From contig DASPKB010000218.1 in assembly GCA_035628315.1 (NCBI GenBank), forward strand, positions 1 through 34,482: 34,482 nt of DNA, read 5' to 3'. The notes under the pieces are model-generated. The model was given only the letters and a program-made list of their open reading frames with translations, did not search any database and was not told the DNA's origin. Positions 8,630 to 17,673 of this stretch are shown here, in pieces (position 1 is the first letter of the stretch; every line of letters starts with the position of its first letter). The translations under genes and the position numbers were made by a program. This stretch comes from Gemmatimonadales bacterium. GTDB lineage: Bacteria; Gemmatimonadota; Gemmatimonadetes; Gemmatimonadales; GWC2-71-9.

Positions 8630-9807
8630 CGCGATGCTCCAGCTTCGCGGCCCAGCCGGGCAAGGTCATCGGCGACCCTGCTCCAGTTGAAGTAGGTCTC
8701 CACCGCATGACGGCCCCGGGCACCCAGCCGGGCCGCCAAATCTTTATCGTCGAGAACCCGGCAGAGCGCCGTCATCAGCTCTTCCGGCTCATCGGGCGCG
8801 ATTAGTAAACCGGTATCCTCGTGGCGCACTGCATCAGGAATTCCTCCAGTTCGAGTAGCAATCACCGGAAGGGCCGACGCGGAGGCTTCGACCAGAGATA
8901 TGCCGAAGCCTTCCACCCTTTCTTCCATCACCCGTGAGAGCCCGACGTATACCGCTGCACAGTTGTAGAGTGCTGGAAGGTCTTCGTCAGGCACGCCAGT
9001 GAGAAAGTAGATTCGGTCCTCTACATTCAGCCGGGAAGAAAGCTCTTTTAACGAGGCTAGCTGCTCCCCTGACCCGACCACCAGATAACCGATGTCAGGG
9101 TATTTGGTTCTGAGTTCAGCTACGGCCCTGATCGCCGCATCGATCCCTTTATGAGGCGTCAGCCGCGCTACAGAAAGTAACCAGCGGCGGGAATCGAGAT
9201 TGTATCGGGCACGAACCTCCGACAGATCCTGGCCCGGACGAAAACGAAGCGGGTCTGCACCCAGCGGGACCGTGTGGATGCGCCACTCCTGCTCACTGAG
9301 CTGCAACTGTTCCAGAATCGATCGGCAAAGCGAAGCGGTGTATCTGCTGTTCGTCACCAGCAGCGACGCGGACCCCAAGAGGACCCGTGCGACCTCCCGT
9401 TTCAAGCGGGATCGTTGGATCTGTCCCTGTAGAATGAGCAGATCGCCACCATGGAGCATGATCCCATAAGGCACTCCGGTTTGTCTCCGTGTCCATCGCG
9501 CTGGATACGCGGCGGGCTTGAGATTCCCGCACCAGACGAATTCGCACCCGGTGGAGCGGGTCAGTGCCGCTGCCCGTCGTGACCAGAGCACCATCCCCGG
9601 CAGGGTCCGCAATCGGGCCGAAGGCAATGGCAATCGGTCTATTCCATTGGGAAACTGCCGGTCGGCAGTCTCACTCCCGGGGAGCTCTCCGGTAGATACC
9701 ACGAGTGAGCCTGGTGGGAAATGCTTGGCGAGCTCTCCCATCCATCGGGCAATGCCGCCTCCCATGGGCGGAAAGTCGTAGCTGAGGAGTAACTGAGGGA
9801 GTGTCAC
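8626..9807 (-). CDS. Glycosyltransferase family 4 (GT-B, group 1)
   Basis: C-terminal EX7E region EGFGISLVEASASALPVIATRTGGIPDAV. Start moved from 9930 to GTG 9807 (VTLPQLLLSYDFPPMGGGIARW) because it forms a GTGA overlap with the upstream stop, and the 41 extra codons are Arg/Ala-rich junk. Confidence 0.85.
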   Translation of the reverse strand: MTLPQLLLSYDFPPMGGGIARWMGELAKHFPPGSLVVSTGELPGSETADRQFPNGIDRLPLPSARLRTLPGMVLWSRRAAALTRSTGCEFVWCGNLKPAAYPARWTRRQTGVPYGIMLHGGDLLILQGQIQRSRLKREVARVLLGSASLLVTNSRYTASLCRSILEQLQLSEQEWRIHTVPLGADPLRFRPGQDLSEVRARYNLDSRRWLLSVARLTPHKGIDAAIRAVAELRTKYPDIGYLVVGSGEQLASLKELSSRLNVEDRIYFLTGVPDEDLPALYNCAAVYVGLSRVMEERVEGFGISLVEASASALPVIATRTGGIPDAVRHEDTGLLIAPDEPEELMTALCRVLDDKDLAARLGARGRHAVETYFNWSRVADDLARLGREAGASR

Positions 9808-10778
9808 GATTGAAGCAGCGTTCTGAGGCGCCCGGCAAAGCGCTCGACGGCAGCGGGAATCGTCAACTCTGAGACTACCGCTGGGTCGGGCGGGCTGTCG
9901 TCGAGCGCCGCGGCTATCTGCTCGACCCACGCGTGCTCGCTATCCGGTGGCACGAGCCGGGCGGCCGAACCAAGGAACTCCTGATGGGGTGGAATCGCGC
10001 TGGCGACCACCGGCGTCCCCGACGCAATTGCCTCGATTGGAGTGAGGCCCAGACCCTCGAAGCGGCTGGGACAAACCGCTACATTGGCCTGCCGGTAGGC
10101 CTCCGCCACTCCCGCGTCATCGATGGCGCTGTCGATCCGGCAAGGGACCTGGAGAGAACGAGCCATCCGCGCGAGCCGCTCCCGCTCCGGTCCTCGGCCA
10201 ATCAGCCGCACCTGAACCGCCCGGCCAAGCCGGCTGGCAGCGCGGAGCGTGGTTTCCTGATTTTTGTGAGCCTGGAGCCTGCCGACGGTCAACAGCGTAG
10301 GAGGAGATCCCTTCGTAGCCGGAGCCCGGTAGAAACGTCGTGAATCGTAGCAGTAGGGTACCCGGATGGGCTCGACACCGAAGCGGGCGCGGACCAGCTG
10401 AGCCGTCAAGCCGCTGGGTACCCAAACCTCCCGGGCCCGGGCGGCTATGAAACGCAAACGGCTGTAGTACCCTCGCCGACGCGCATAACCGCCCCGCAGC
10501 CGAGGCAAACGCACGAGATACCTGCCCAGCGGTAACACCGGATCGTAGCTACCTGTTCCGGTCGATCTGGGCGGAAGGTCCCAGATGTAGAGGACGAGCG
10601 GACAATGATGGCGACGGGCATAGCGCCACGCGCTCAAGGCAGTCGTTGCACTCATGGAGAACGCGAGGCGAGCGCGTTGCGAGCCCTCGAGCGCTACGGA
10701 GATTCCGCGGCTGCGAAGCTCGGGCAGCAAGAGGGTTGCGTAGGCGTTCGGAGCAAACCAGCGGACATCGGTCATCAC
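9804..10778 (-). CDS. Glycosyltransferase family 4
   Basis: CPSRFEGLGLTPIEAIASGTPVVASAIPPHQEF motif. The start (GTG 10778 or ATG 10775) overlaps the upstream stop. Confidence 0.85.
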   Translation of the reverse strand: MMTDVRWFAPNAYATLLLPELRSRGISVALEGSQRARLAFSMSATTALSAWRYARRHHCPLVLYIWDLPPRSTGTGSYDPVLPLGRYLVRLPRLRGGYARRRGYYSRLRFIAARAREVWVPSGLTAQLVRARFGVEPIRVPYCYDSRRFYRAPATKGSPPTLLTVGRLQAHKNQETTLRAASRLGRAVQVRLIGRGPERERLARMARSLQVPCRIDSAIDDAGVAEAYRQANVAVCPSRFEGLGLTPIEAIASGTPVVASAIPPHQEFLGSAARLVPPDSEHAWVEQIAAALDDSPPDPAVVSELTIPAAVERFAGRLRTLLQS

Positions 10779-11869
10779 CTTTCAATGACCTGACGCAGCG
10801 CGGATTCGTAGCCGTCAGTCATCCTGGCGAGCGTAAACCGGGTTTCGATCCGTTGCCTGGCAGCAGCGCCAATGGCGGCGCGGCGGGCCTCATCCCGGAG
10901 CAGTGCGGCGGTCTCTCTTCCCAGAATTTCCGGATTGTTGGCCGGCACCAGCACCCCGGCGGTACCATCACGGCCCAGCAGCTCCCCGGTTCCTCCAGCG
11001 TCTGCCGCGACCACCGCACGGGCACATGCCATTGCCTCCCCCACGGCGTTCGGAAAGATCTCATTCAGCGACGGATGAATGACCAGCTGAGCCGAGCTGA
11101 GAGCGCCGACCAGCTCGTCTGTGTCCAGCAGACCGGTAAAGCAAATCGGGACGTGGCCGGCCGCCGCCAACTGGCGGAGCTCGTGCTCGCGCGCACCGTT
11201 GCCGCAGATGACGTAGGTCATGGGCGGCACCTCCTGATGGATACGGTTGAGAGCGGCGATGGCCACCGCGTGCCCTTTGTTGGCTTCCAGCTTGGCGGAT
11301 GTCAGGATGACGATCGCCTCACGAGAGATGTTCCACTTGTGTCTAAAAGCCTCACCGGCTGCAGGACGAGGCGCAAAGCGCTGAATGTCGTAGCCGTTGG
11401 GAATGCGGTAAGACGGCACTCGGCGGACCCAGGGCTCGCTGGCGGCCGCGGCATTGTGGATGAACTCTGATTGAAAGACACATGCCGCCACGCGCCGACC
11501 GTACAGCCGGTCGGCCAGATCGTTGCGCGGAGCGCGATAGTTGAGGTTGTAGCGATATACAATCCGTGCGGAATGGAAGAGGCAGGCAAGCGAGGCGAGC
11601 CGCAGGTCTCGGGGTCGGTCTACCACAATAGCCTCGGCTTCCCACGCACGAAGCGCCCGCCAGAGGGCCCCCACCTCCCGGGGTCCGGTGTTCCCCCCGC
11701 GAATTTCTCGGACTGGCAGCCCCTCAGCCACCATTCGAATAGTGAGTGCCGGAGCAGCAGTAAGGATCTGGGCTGAGTGCCCGCGTTCGATCAAACCCTG
11801 AGCGATTTTGGCATAACTCGCCGCCGAGCCGCGCCAGCCTTTGGCCGACGTGAGAAGGGCGATTCGCAT
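10775..11869 (-). CDS. Glycosyltransferase family 4
   Basis: Begins MRIALLTSAKGWRGSAASY (typical GT4 beta1-loop) and has C-terminal PSLNEIFPNAVGEAMACARAVVAADAGGTGELL. The ORF-track start 12367 is rejected because that extension is antisense to the CgeB-like gene. Confidence 0.85.
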   Translation of the reverse strand: MRIALLTSAKGWRGSAASYAKIAQGLIERGHSAQILTAAPALTIRMVAEGLPVREIRGGNTGPREVGALWRALRAWEAEAIVVDRPRDLRLASLACLFHSARIVYRYNLNYRAPRNDLADRLYGRRVAACVFQSEFIHNAAAASEPWVRRVPSYRIPNGYDIQRFAPRPAAGEAFRHKWNISREAIVILTSAKLEANKGHAVAIAALNRIHQEVPPMTYVICGNGAREHELRQLAAAGHVPICFTGLLDTDELVGALSSAQLVIHPSLNEIFPNAVGEAMACARAVVAADAGGTGELLGRDGTAGVLVPANNPEILGRETAALLRDEARRAAIGAAARQRIETRFTLARMTDGYESALRQVIER

Positions 11870-11890
11870 AGTGCGGGCTATTATACCCGC
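11870..11890. promoter_or_regulatory. 21-bp divergent spacer carrying a consensus TATAAT (minus strand) / TATTAT (plus strand) inside a GCGGG...CCCGC inverted repeat
   Basis: The spacer reads agtGCGGGctattataCCCGC between CAT (11867-11869) and ATG (11891). On the minus strand TATAAT is 10 nt from its ATG; on the plus strand TATTAT is 6 nt from its ATG. Confidence 0.3.
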
Positions 11891-12850
11891 ATGCGTATCG
11901 TGGTGCTCGGAGCGGGCGGAGCGCGGAAAACTGAGGCTTCGATCGTCCGCGCTGCTCGCAGCCTCGGGCATGCATGTCGCCTCGTCTCTGCTGTTGGTTG
12001 GACCCGTTTTGCGGGCTCGTTCGGGCATCGTCTGGCCGCGTACCGGGTTGAATCTTTCGAGCCCGACTTCCTGATCTTCACTCGGCACGCAATCGAGCTG
12101 GGGGAGCCGACGCTCCGCCGGATTGTGCGCGGCAGGCCTACCGTCTTCTGGTACTTCGATCCCCAGCCGAAAGAAAAAGTGGTCCAGCTGGGCCGCCTGG
12201 TGGGAAAGATGTACCTCACCTATCTGGCGCAGATCGCGTGGTATCGTGCTGCGGGCATTCCCGAGGTCCGATTCCTCCCTCAGGGTGTCGATCCCGACCG
12301 CGATGCGCCGGCGGAATCCTTTCCCCCCGGCTACAACTGTGAGACCTCTTTCGTAGGCTCCGGCCAATACCCCTACCGCTATGGGATTCTGCGCGCGGTA
12401 GCAGCTGTCAGCCGGTTGCAGATTCGCGGCCCCGGCTGGAAGAGCGCCCCTGCCGACCTTCCAGTAGTCGGGGGACCGGTATACGGCAGACGTCTGGCCC
12501 AGGTAATCCGGGGAGCTGCGATCTCACTCGGAGCCAGCGCCCACGCGGAACAGGATCTGGACCGTGCGTCAGCGTCGAACCGCATGTGGAAGATCCTTGG
12601 CTGTGGAGGGTTCTACCTGGGACCCTACGTAAAGGACATCGACCACTTTGCCAAAGACGGAGTGCACTGCGCCTGGTACGGCGACGCCGATCATGCGGCC
12701 GAGTTGACTCGCTACTATATGCAGGAACCCGACCGTCGCCTGCGCATCGCCCTGGCTGGAAGATCCCATGCCTTGGCCCATCATACCTATGCCCAACGCC
12801 TGGAGCTTCTGTTGCGGGGAGAGAGCTATCCTCTTCCTACGATCTTGTAA
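11891..12850 (+). CDS. CgeB-family / DUF3880-type glycosyltransferase-like protein
   Basis: Starts MRIVVLGAGG. The C-terminal part (SFVGSGQYPYRYGIL...NRMWKILGCGGFYLGPYVKDIDHFAKDGVHCAWY...AGRSHALAHHTYAQRLE) resembles the CgeB/Glyco_trans_1_2 family. Start moved from 11777 to ATG 11891. Confidence 0.65.
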   Translation: MRIVVLGAGGARKTEASIVRAARSLGHACRLVSAVGWTRFAGSFGHRLAAYRVESFEPDFLIFTRHAIELGEPTLRRIVRGRPTVFWYFDPQPKEKVVQLGRLVGKMYLTYLAQIAWYRAAGIPEVRFLPQGVDPDRDAPAESFPPGYNCETSFVGSGQYPYRYGILRAVAAVSRLQIRGPGWKSAPADLPVVGGPVYGRRLAQVIRGAAISLGASAHAEQDLDRASASNRMWKILGCGGFYLGPYVKDIDHFAKDGVHCAWYGDADHAAELTRYYMQEPDRRLRIALAGRSHALAHHTYAQRLELLLRGESYPLPTIL

Positions 12851-13698
12851 TTCCTGAATTCAAACACGCGGATTCCGGTGAGCCGCTCGATTGCACCGGA
12901 GATGTAGTACCGCAGGAAACGCCAGCGAAAACGGCGCGGCTCGATGACTCGCTCGGGGTCATGGCGCCGGGCTGCAATCCATTCCTGGGCCACGGCGGGA
13001 TGAGTTCCGGTGAAAGTACGTATGCCGGGTATCCAGTCCAGCAGTGGCAAGGTCTGATCCGTGCTGCGCCAGGGATAGAGCGTGCGATTCAGAGCGCGCT
13101 TCTCGCGGAGCGCCTGGCTCGGCCGGGCCCATCCATAGTGAAACATCTCGGCGTCGGTAAGCCGCGCCCGGATCTTTCGGTGGTTCGGTCCGACCCGAAA
13201 ACCCTGAGCACCCTGGTAGGGTCGGATGTCGAGCTCCGGCGCCAGCCTCACCGCACGCACCTCCCGACGGTACCAGCGGCGATGCGTCGCCACTGTATCG
13301 AACCCACCATAAAAATGGACGTAGCGGACCAGCAATCCCTCGACGCCCTCGTCGGCGTCAACCCGCTGGATGGCGGCGGCAAGCACCGGCGCGCCCAGCT
13401 CGTGGAGCACTTCATCGGCTTGGATGTACACGCCCCAGGGATACCGGCAGGAGCGCATGGCACGGTGCGTCTCCATGCCGAGCACAGTGTTGCGCCGGCT
13501 CATGTCCCACTCGGTCTGAATGATGCGGATCTTGGGGTCGTTTATCGAGCGAATCAGATCGAGCGTACCGTCTTCCGAGCGGCCGACGTTGACCACTACT
13601 TCGTCACAGATTGGCAGGATCGAGCGGATACTCGCGACCACCGGAAAATCCAGCTTGATCGCATTCCGGACAATGGTGAAGCCGGACACTTTGACCAC
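12826..13698 (-). CDS. Glycosyltransferase family 2
   Basis: The N-terminus VSGFTIVRNAIKLDFPVVASIRSILPICDEVVVNVGRSEDGT is characteristic of a widespread GT2 subfamily. QADE serves as the DxD-like motif. GTG start preceded by GGAG. Confidence 0.75.
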   Translation of the reverse strand: MVKVSGFTIVRNAIKLDFPVVASIRSILPICDEVVVNVGRSEDGTLDLIRSINDPKIRIIQTEWDMSRRNTVLGMETHRAMRSCRYPWGVYIQADEVLHELGAPVLAAAIQRVDADEGVEGLLVRYVHFYGGFDTVATHRRWYRREVRAVRLAPELDIRPYQGAQGFRVGPNHRKIRARLTDAEMFHYGWARPSQALREKRALNRTLYPWRSTDQTLPLLDWIPGIRTFTGTHPAVAQEWIAARRHDPERVIEPRRFRWRFLRYYISGAIERLTGIRVFEFRNYKIVGRG

Positions 13699-13763
13699 AG
13701 GAGCTCCGTCGGGCAGTGAGGGTAGGCAATCTGTCCTGTGGCGCCGGAGCCGAGCAAGAGTGC

Positions 13764-14834
13764 TCAGGTCGACGCGAGCAAAGACCGATAGAGCTCGGCG
13801 GTAGCGAGCACTGTCCGATCGAGCGGAAAGCGATTTCGTGCGGTGTGGCGCGCCGCGTCACCCAGTCGTCCCGCCAATTTCGAGTCCGAGAGCACCGCAG
13901 TAATTGCCTGGGCCCACCCGGAAGGTTCGAGCGGCTCTACCAGCAACCCGTCTACGCCGTTCGTGATCAGATCGCGATTGCCGGCGGCTGCGGAGGCAAT
14001 CACGGGTTTGCCCAACGCCATGGCCTCGAGCAGCGCCTGCGACAGGCCCTCTATGCGGGAAGGCAGCAGGGAGATCTCGAGAAGGTCGAAGAGCGGGCGA
14101 ACATGGGGGGTGAACGGAAGCATCACCACTGCATGCCGTGACGGTATCGCGTCCACCTCTCGCTTCAAAACAGCGTCAGAGCCGACTCCGGCGAGGACTA
14201 GTCGAACCGGAGTGGCCACCTCGCCGAGGGCGCGCAGCACCACCGCCTGGTCTTTCCGTCGAGCAACCACTCCGATCGTTCGACGGGACGGCTCCCACTC
14301 TATGCGGCGGCGCCACTCCTCCAGCGCGATGGCCGATACCGGACTATCTACCCGGGAGGTGATCAGGCCATTGGGAATGATTGCGAGCTTTTTCCGGCTG
14401 GTCCCTCGCCGCCCAAGTGCGTCGGCAACAGATGGACTCACAGCGATCACCCGGGCTGCCACACGGCTCACCAGCCAGTTCTCCAGCGCCAGGGTGCGAG
14501 GCATCTGCCTTCGGGTAACCACCAGCGGAGCGCTGAGTCGGCCGGTAAAGGCCAGCCAGCTGAGCGCAGCCCGATCTCTGGAGCTTTGCGAGTTCACCAC
14601 GTCCACCGGGAAGCTCCGGAGCAGGCTGTGCAGCCGAGCGGCATTGCTGAGCCGACGCCGGGGCTCCAGGGCTATAGGGTGGACCTCCAGCCCACCCGCA
14701 CGGGCCTGAGCTTCGACCTCCGAGCCGGGAGGGCATACGAATCGGATCTGAATACCGGCGCGCTGCAAACCCAGACTCAGGTGCAGCGTGGACGTAACCG
14801 AGCCGGCACCGCTCCCCTGGTGCAGCACCTGCAT
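13764..14834 (-). CDS. Glycosyltransferase family 4
   Basis: Starts MQVLHQGSGAGSVTSTLHLSLGLQRAGIQ and has C-terminal PSRIEGLSQALLEAMALGKPVIASAAAGNRDLI. ATG 14834 is preceded by GGTGAGGA (Shine-Dalgarno). The ORF-track start 14996 is rejected. Confidence 0.85.
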   Translation of the reverse strand: MQVLHQGSGAGSVTSTLHLSLGLQRAGIQIRFVCPPGSEVEAQARAGGLEVHPIALEPRRRLSNAARLHSLLRSFPVDVVNSQSSRDRAALSWLAFTGRLSAPLVVTRRQMPRTLALENWLVSRVAARVIAVSPSVADALGRRGTSRKKLAIIPNGLITSRVDSPVSAIALEEWRRRIEWEPSRRTIGVVARRKDQAVVLRALGEVATPVRLVLAGVGSDAVLKREVDAIPSRHAVVMLPFTPHVRPLFDLLEISLLPSRIEGLSQALLEAMALGKPVIASAAAGNRDLITNGVDGLLVEPLEPSGWAQAITAVLSDSKLAGRLGDAARHTARNRFPLDRTVLATAELYRSLLAST

Positions 14835-14852
14835 CACCGTGATCCTCACCCT

Positions 14853-14883
14853 GGCCGCCGGTTGGCGGCACCTCTCGGCGGCC
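14853..14883. promoter_or_regulatory. Inverted repeat GGCCGCCG-N15-CGGCGGCC bracketing the -35 of the candidate promoter
   Basis: Arms at 14853-14860 and 14876-14883 are perfect reverse complements. GC-rich 8-mers can pair by chance in this genome. Confidence 0.15.
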
Positions 14884-14891
14884 GGTACATT
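14862..14891 (+). promoter_or_regulatory. Candidate promoter of the GT4 gene at 14900, near-leaderless
   Basis: TTGGCG (14862-14867), 18 nt, TACATT (14886-14891), then 8 nt to the ATG. Confidence 0.3.
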
Positions 14892-14899
14892 GCGCCCCC

Positions 14900-15826
14900 A
14901 TGCACGTAGCCCTCTACTCCAACAGCCGGGTGCCGGTGCGAGGATACGGTGGCACTCAGCGAGTGATTGTGTGGCTCGCGCGCGGCCTGGCTGCATTGGG
15001 GCATCGCGTCACCCTCCTGGCGCCAGCGGGGTCGCAGGTCCGGGAAGCGGAAGTCGTTGAGCTGGATCCTCGGGCGATGCGACGGCCCGACTTTGACTTG
15101 ACGCCATACCTGCCGAACTCGGTCGAGTTGGTGCACCTGCATGCCCGGCTGGCCCGGGTTCCTCCTCAGCCGACTGTGATGACCCTGCACGGGAACCGGG
15201 CGGAGCCCACGGCGGCTCCAAATACGATTTTTCTGAGCGCGGATCACGCAGCTCGCCATGGAAGCACGGTCTTCGTCTACAACGGGATCGATCCATCCGA
15301 GTATGTGTTCCGGAAGAGAAAGGAGGGATATGATCTGTTCCTGGGTCGGCTCCACCGGGTCAAAGGTTATCGTTGGGCTATCCAGGGAGCCCGGCGCGCA
15401 GGCAAGAGTCTGATCGTTGCCGGGGGCTGGAGACCAAGCCTCCGCCGTTCGATTCGTTTTGCAGGCTCAGTGGAAGGCTCGCGTAAGGTGGAGCTCCTCG
15501 CTGGTGCGGAGTGTCTCTGGATGCCGGCACTGTGGGATGAGCCATTCGGATTGACGCTGGTCGAGGCGATGATGAGCGGCACACCAGTCCTCGGCACCCG
15601 ACGCGGCGCCCTACCGGAGATCGTCTCGTCGGATGCGGGGCGATTGGGGCACACACTGGAGGAGCTGGTGCACCTGCGGCAGTCGGTTGCCGATTGCGAG
15701 CCGGAATCATGCCGGGCCCGTGCGGAGCGGTGGTTTACTCATATCAGAATGGCCGAGGAGTACACCCGCCTATACCACCATTACTTGAGCTCACGCGAGC
15801 TTCTTCCAGGTACCCGGACGAGCTGA
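14900..15826 (+). CDS. Glycosyltransferase family 4 (short form)
   Basis: MHVALYSNSRVPVRGYGGTQRVIVWLARGLAALGH and WDEPFGLTLVEAMMSGTPVLGTRRGALPEIV. Confidence 0.8.
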   Translation: MHVALYSNSRVPVRGYGGTQRVIVWLARGLAALGHRVTLLAPAGSQVREAEVVELDPRAMRRPDFDLTPYLPNSVELVHLHARLARVPPQPTVMTLHGNRAEPTAAPNTIFLSADHAARHGSTVFVYNGIDPSEYVFRKRKEGYDLFLGRLHRVKGYRWAIQGARRAGKSLIVAGGWRPSLRRSIRFAGSVEGSRKVELLAGAECLWMPALWDEPFGLTLVEAMMSGTPVLGTRRGALPEIVSSDAGRLGHTLEELVHLRQSVADCEPESCRARAERWFTHIRMAEEYTRLYHHYLSSRELLPGTRTS

Positions 15827-15840
15827 AAGAGCTCGCTCTA

Positions 15841-17673
15841 CTACAACTCGGCGGGAACGGCGGGTTCCTCATCCCGGAATTGCATATCGTACAGCCTGCG
15901 ATACAGCCCTCCCGAGCGGAGCAGCTCCTGATGGCTGCCCCGCTGCACCACTCGTCCGGCGTCAAGAACTACGATCTCATCCGCATGGCGAATGGTGGTG
16001 AGCCGATGGGCGATCACCAGCACGGTACGCTGCTGCATCAACCGCTCGATCGCCTGCTGCACGAGGCGCTCGGATTCGGTATCCAGCGCACTCGTTGCTT
16101 CATCGAGAATGAGTATCGGCGGATCGCGCAGCAGGGCGCGGGCGATGGTCAGGCGTTGCCGTTGTCCCCCCGAGAGGAGCGTGCCCCGTTCGCCCAACAT
16201 GGTGTCGTAACCGTTGGGAAGGGACCCAATGAATCCGGCCGCATTCGCTGCCCGCGCGGCAGCCTCGACCTGCTCTCGAGTGGCACCCGGCGTTCCGTAA
16301 GCTATGTTCGCGAGTACGGTGTCGTTCAGCAGAACCGTGTCCTGGCTGACCACCCCCATGAGCGATCGGAGCGATCTGCGGCTTAGCCGGGTGAGAGGAA
16401 TGCCGTCCATCAGCACCTGGCCGCCCGTTGGATCGTGGAAGCGCGGCAGCAGGTCTGCGACGGTCGTTTTGCCCGCCCCCGAGGGACCCACCAGAGCCAC
16501 GACCTGACCCCGGGCAAGGCGGAACGACACATCGTGCAGTACCAGATCCCCGGTTGGGTAACGGAAAGACACTCGGTCGAACACAATCTCCCGCTCGAAC
16601 CGGGCCGTTCCATCCTCCGGTCGGTCCAGCTCGGCCGCGGGCTCATCCAGCAGGCTGAACACTCGCTCCGCGCTCGCAAGCGTTACGGCCATTGCGGCCG
16701 GGAATGATGCAATTGTCTTGAGCGGAGAGGACAGGCGCAGCGCGGCCATGAGGAATACAATGATCGCTTCGGGCGCCAGAGGGGCCTGCAGACCCACGAG
16801 TCCCGGCTTCGTGCCGGCCCAGATGATCAGGATGACCAGAAAGCCGGAAAACACCTCGGTCAGCGGGCTGGTTAGCGAGGAAAAGCGCTGCGTTCGGATT
16901 ACCCGCTTCCGGTAGCGCTCCGCTTGGGCTCCGAAACGCTTGGCCTCCCGGTCCTCCTCGCCATAAGACCGAATGAGTCTGATGGCGCCAAGCCTTTCGG
17001 TCACCGTGGCAGTGATCTCTCCCCGCTCACGGGCCCGGTCCTGCGCATGACGGCGCAACCGGCGCACTAGCGATTGTAGCCCGATGACCAGCAGCGGCAC
17101 GCATGCCAGCGTCAGCAGGGTAAGCCGCAGAGAGATCTGGCTCAGGATGACCAATGTGGTGATCACCACGACGACGTTCTGAAACAGAGACAGCAAGGAC
17201 GCCGTGATCACGGTTTTGGTTTGATCGATCTCCGTAATCATGGCCGAAATCAGCTGCCCCGCCCTAGTACGCTGGAAGAAGTCGATATCGAGGGTAAGCA
17301 GGTGACTGAACAACCGGGTGCGCAGGTCGCGTACCAATCCTTCCTGCGCGCGTACCGAGATCTGACCCGACGCGTAGCTGAAGACATTCTTGACCAAAAG
17401 GCCGATTGCCAGCAGCACCACCAGCCGGCCGGCAGCCTGGCCCGGCGTCAGCCCAGCCACAAGCGGCTCGACCACTCGGTCCATGATTTCTTCCAGGCGG
17501 GTGGAGCCTGGCCGGAGCTGTCCGGCAGTCCCGAACAGATTCTTGAGGAGCGGAATCAGCACCACGAGGGTAAAGCCGTCGAGCAGGGAGGCCATAAACG
17601 TCGTGACCAGCCCTAGCGCCAGTAGTCCGCGATAGGGCCGGACCAGACGCAGCAGCCGCAGCTCGGTACGCAC
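15841..17673 (-). CDS. msbA: MsbA-type ABC exporter (fused transmembrane + ATP-binding domains), lipid/glycolipid flippase-like
   Basis: 610 aa. Six-helix exporter TMD, Walker A GPSGAGKTT, signature LSGGQRQRLTIARA, Walker B ILILDEATSALD, H-loop VIAHRL. The GTG start shares 1 nt with the upstream stop. Confidence 0.85.
   Translation of the reverse strand: MRTELRLLRLVRPYRGLLALGLVTTFMASLLDGFTLVVLIPLLKNLFGTAGQLRPGSTRLEEIMDRVVEPLVAGLTPGQAAGRLVVLLAIGLLVKNVFSYASGQISVRAQEGLVRDLRTRLFSHLLTLDIDFFQRTRAGQLISAMITEIDQTKTVITASLLSLFQNVVVVITTLVILSQISLRLTLLTLACVPLLVIGLQSLVRRLRRHAQDRARERGEITATVTERLGAIRLIRSYGEEDREAKRFGAQAERYRKRVIRTQRFSSLTSPLTEVFSGFLVILIIWAGTKPGLVGLQAPLAPEAIIVFLMAALRLSSPLKTIASFPAAMAVTLASAERVFSLLDEPAAELDRPEDGTARFEREIVFDRVSFRYPTGDLVLHDVSFRLARGQVVALVGPSGAGKTTVADLLPRFHDPTGGQVLMDGIPLTRLSRRSLRSLMGVVSQDTVLLNDTVLANIAYGTPGATREQVEAAARAANAAGFIGSLPNGYDTMLGERGTLLSGGQRQRLTIARALLRDPPILILDEATSALDTESERLVQQAIERLMQQRTVLVIAHRLTTIRHADEIVVLDAGRVVQRGSHQELLRSGGLYRRLYDMQFRDEEPAVPAEL

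Noticed and set aside
9808-9930. 41-codon N-terminal extension of the GT4 ORF 8626..9930
   Set aside because: It overlaps the 3' end of the upstream GT4 gene. GTG 9807 gives a GTGA stop/start overlap and begins right at the conserved first beta-strand (LLLSYDFPP).
11870-12367. N-terminal 166-codon extension of the GT4 ORF (track start 12367) and the 38-codon extension of the CgeB-like ORF (track start 11777)
   Set aside because: The two extensions overlap each other on opposite strands. Canonical GT N-termini (MRIALLTS..., MRIVVLGAGG...) begin at ATG 11869 and ATG 11891. The extensions are compositionally junk.
12586-13719. 377-aa plus-strand ORF, plus similar long ORFs at 7871-8695, 10646-11470, 13843-14709, 17736-18440 and 13-678
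   Set aside because: Each is antisense to a gene with clear family motifs (GT2, SAM methyltransferase, GT4, GT4, REC-PglZ, PBP). None shows a recognisable motif of its own. They are GC-rich shadow ORFs.
15819-15835. Hairpin CGAGCT-gaaag-AGCTCG between convergent GT4 and msbA as a bidirectional terminator
   Set aside because: The stem is only 6 bp, there is no flanking T/A tract, and it overlaps the GT4 stop codon. This is too weak to call.
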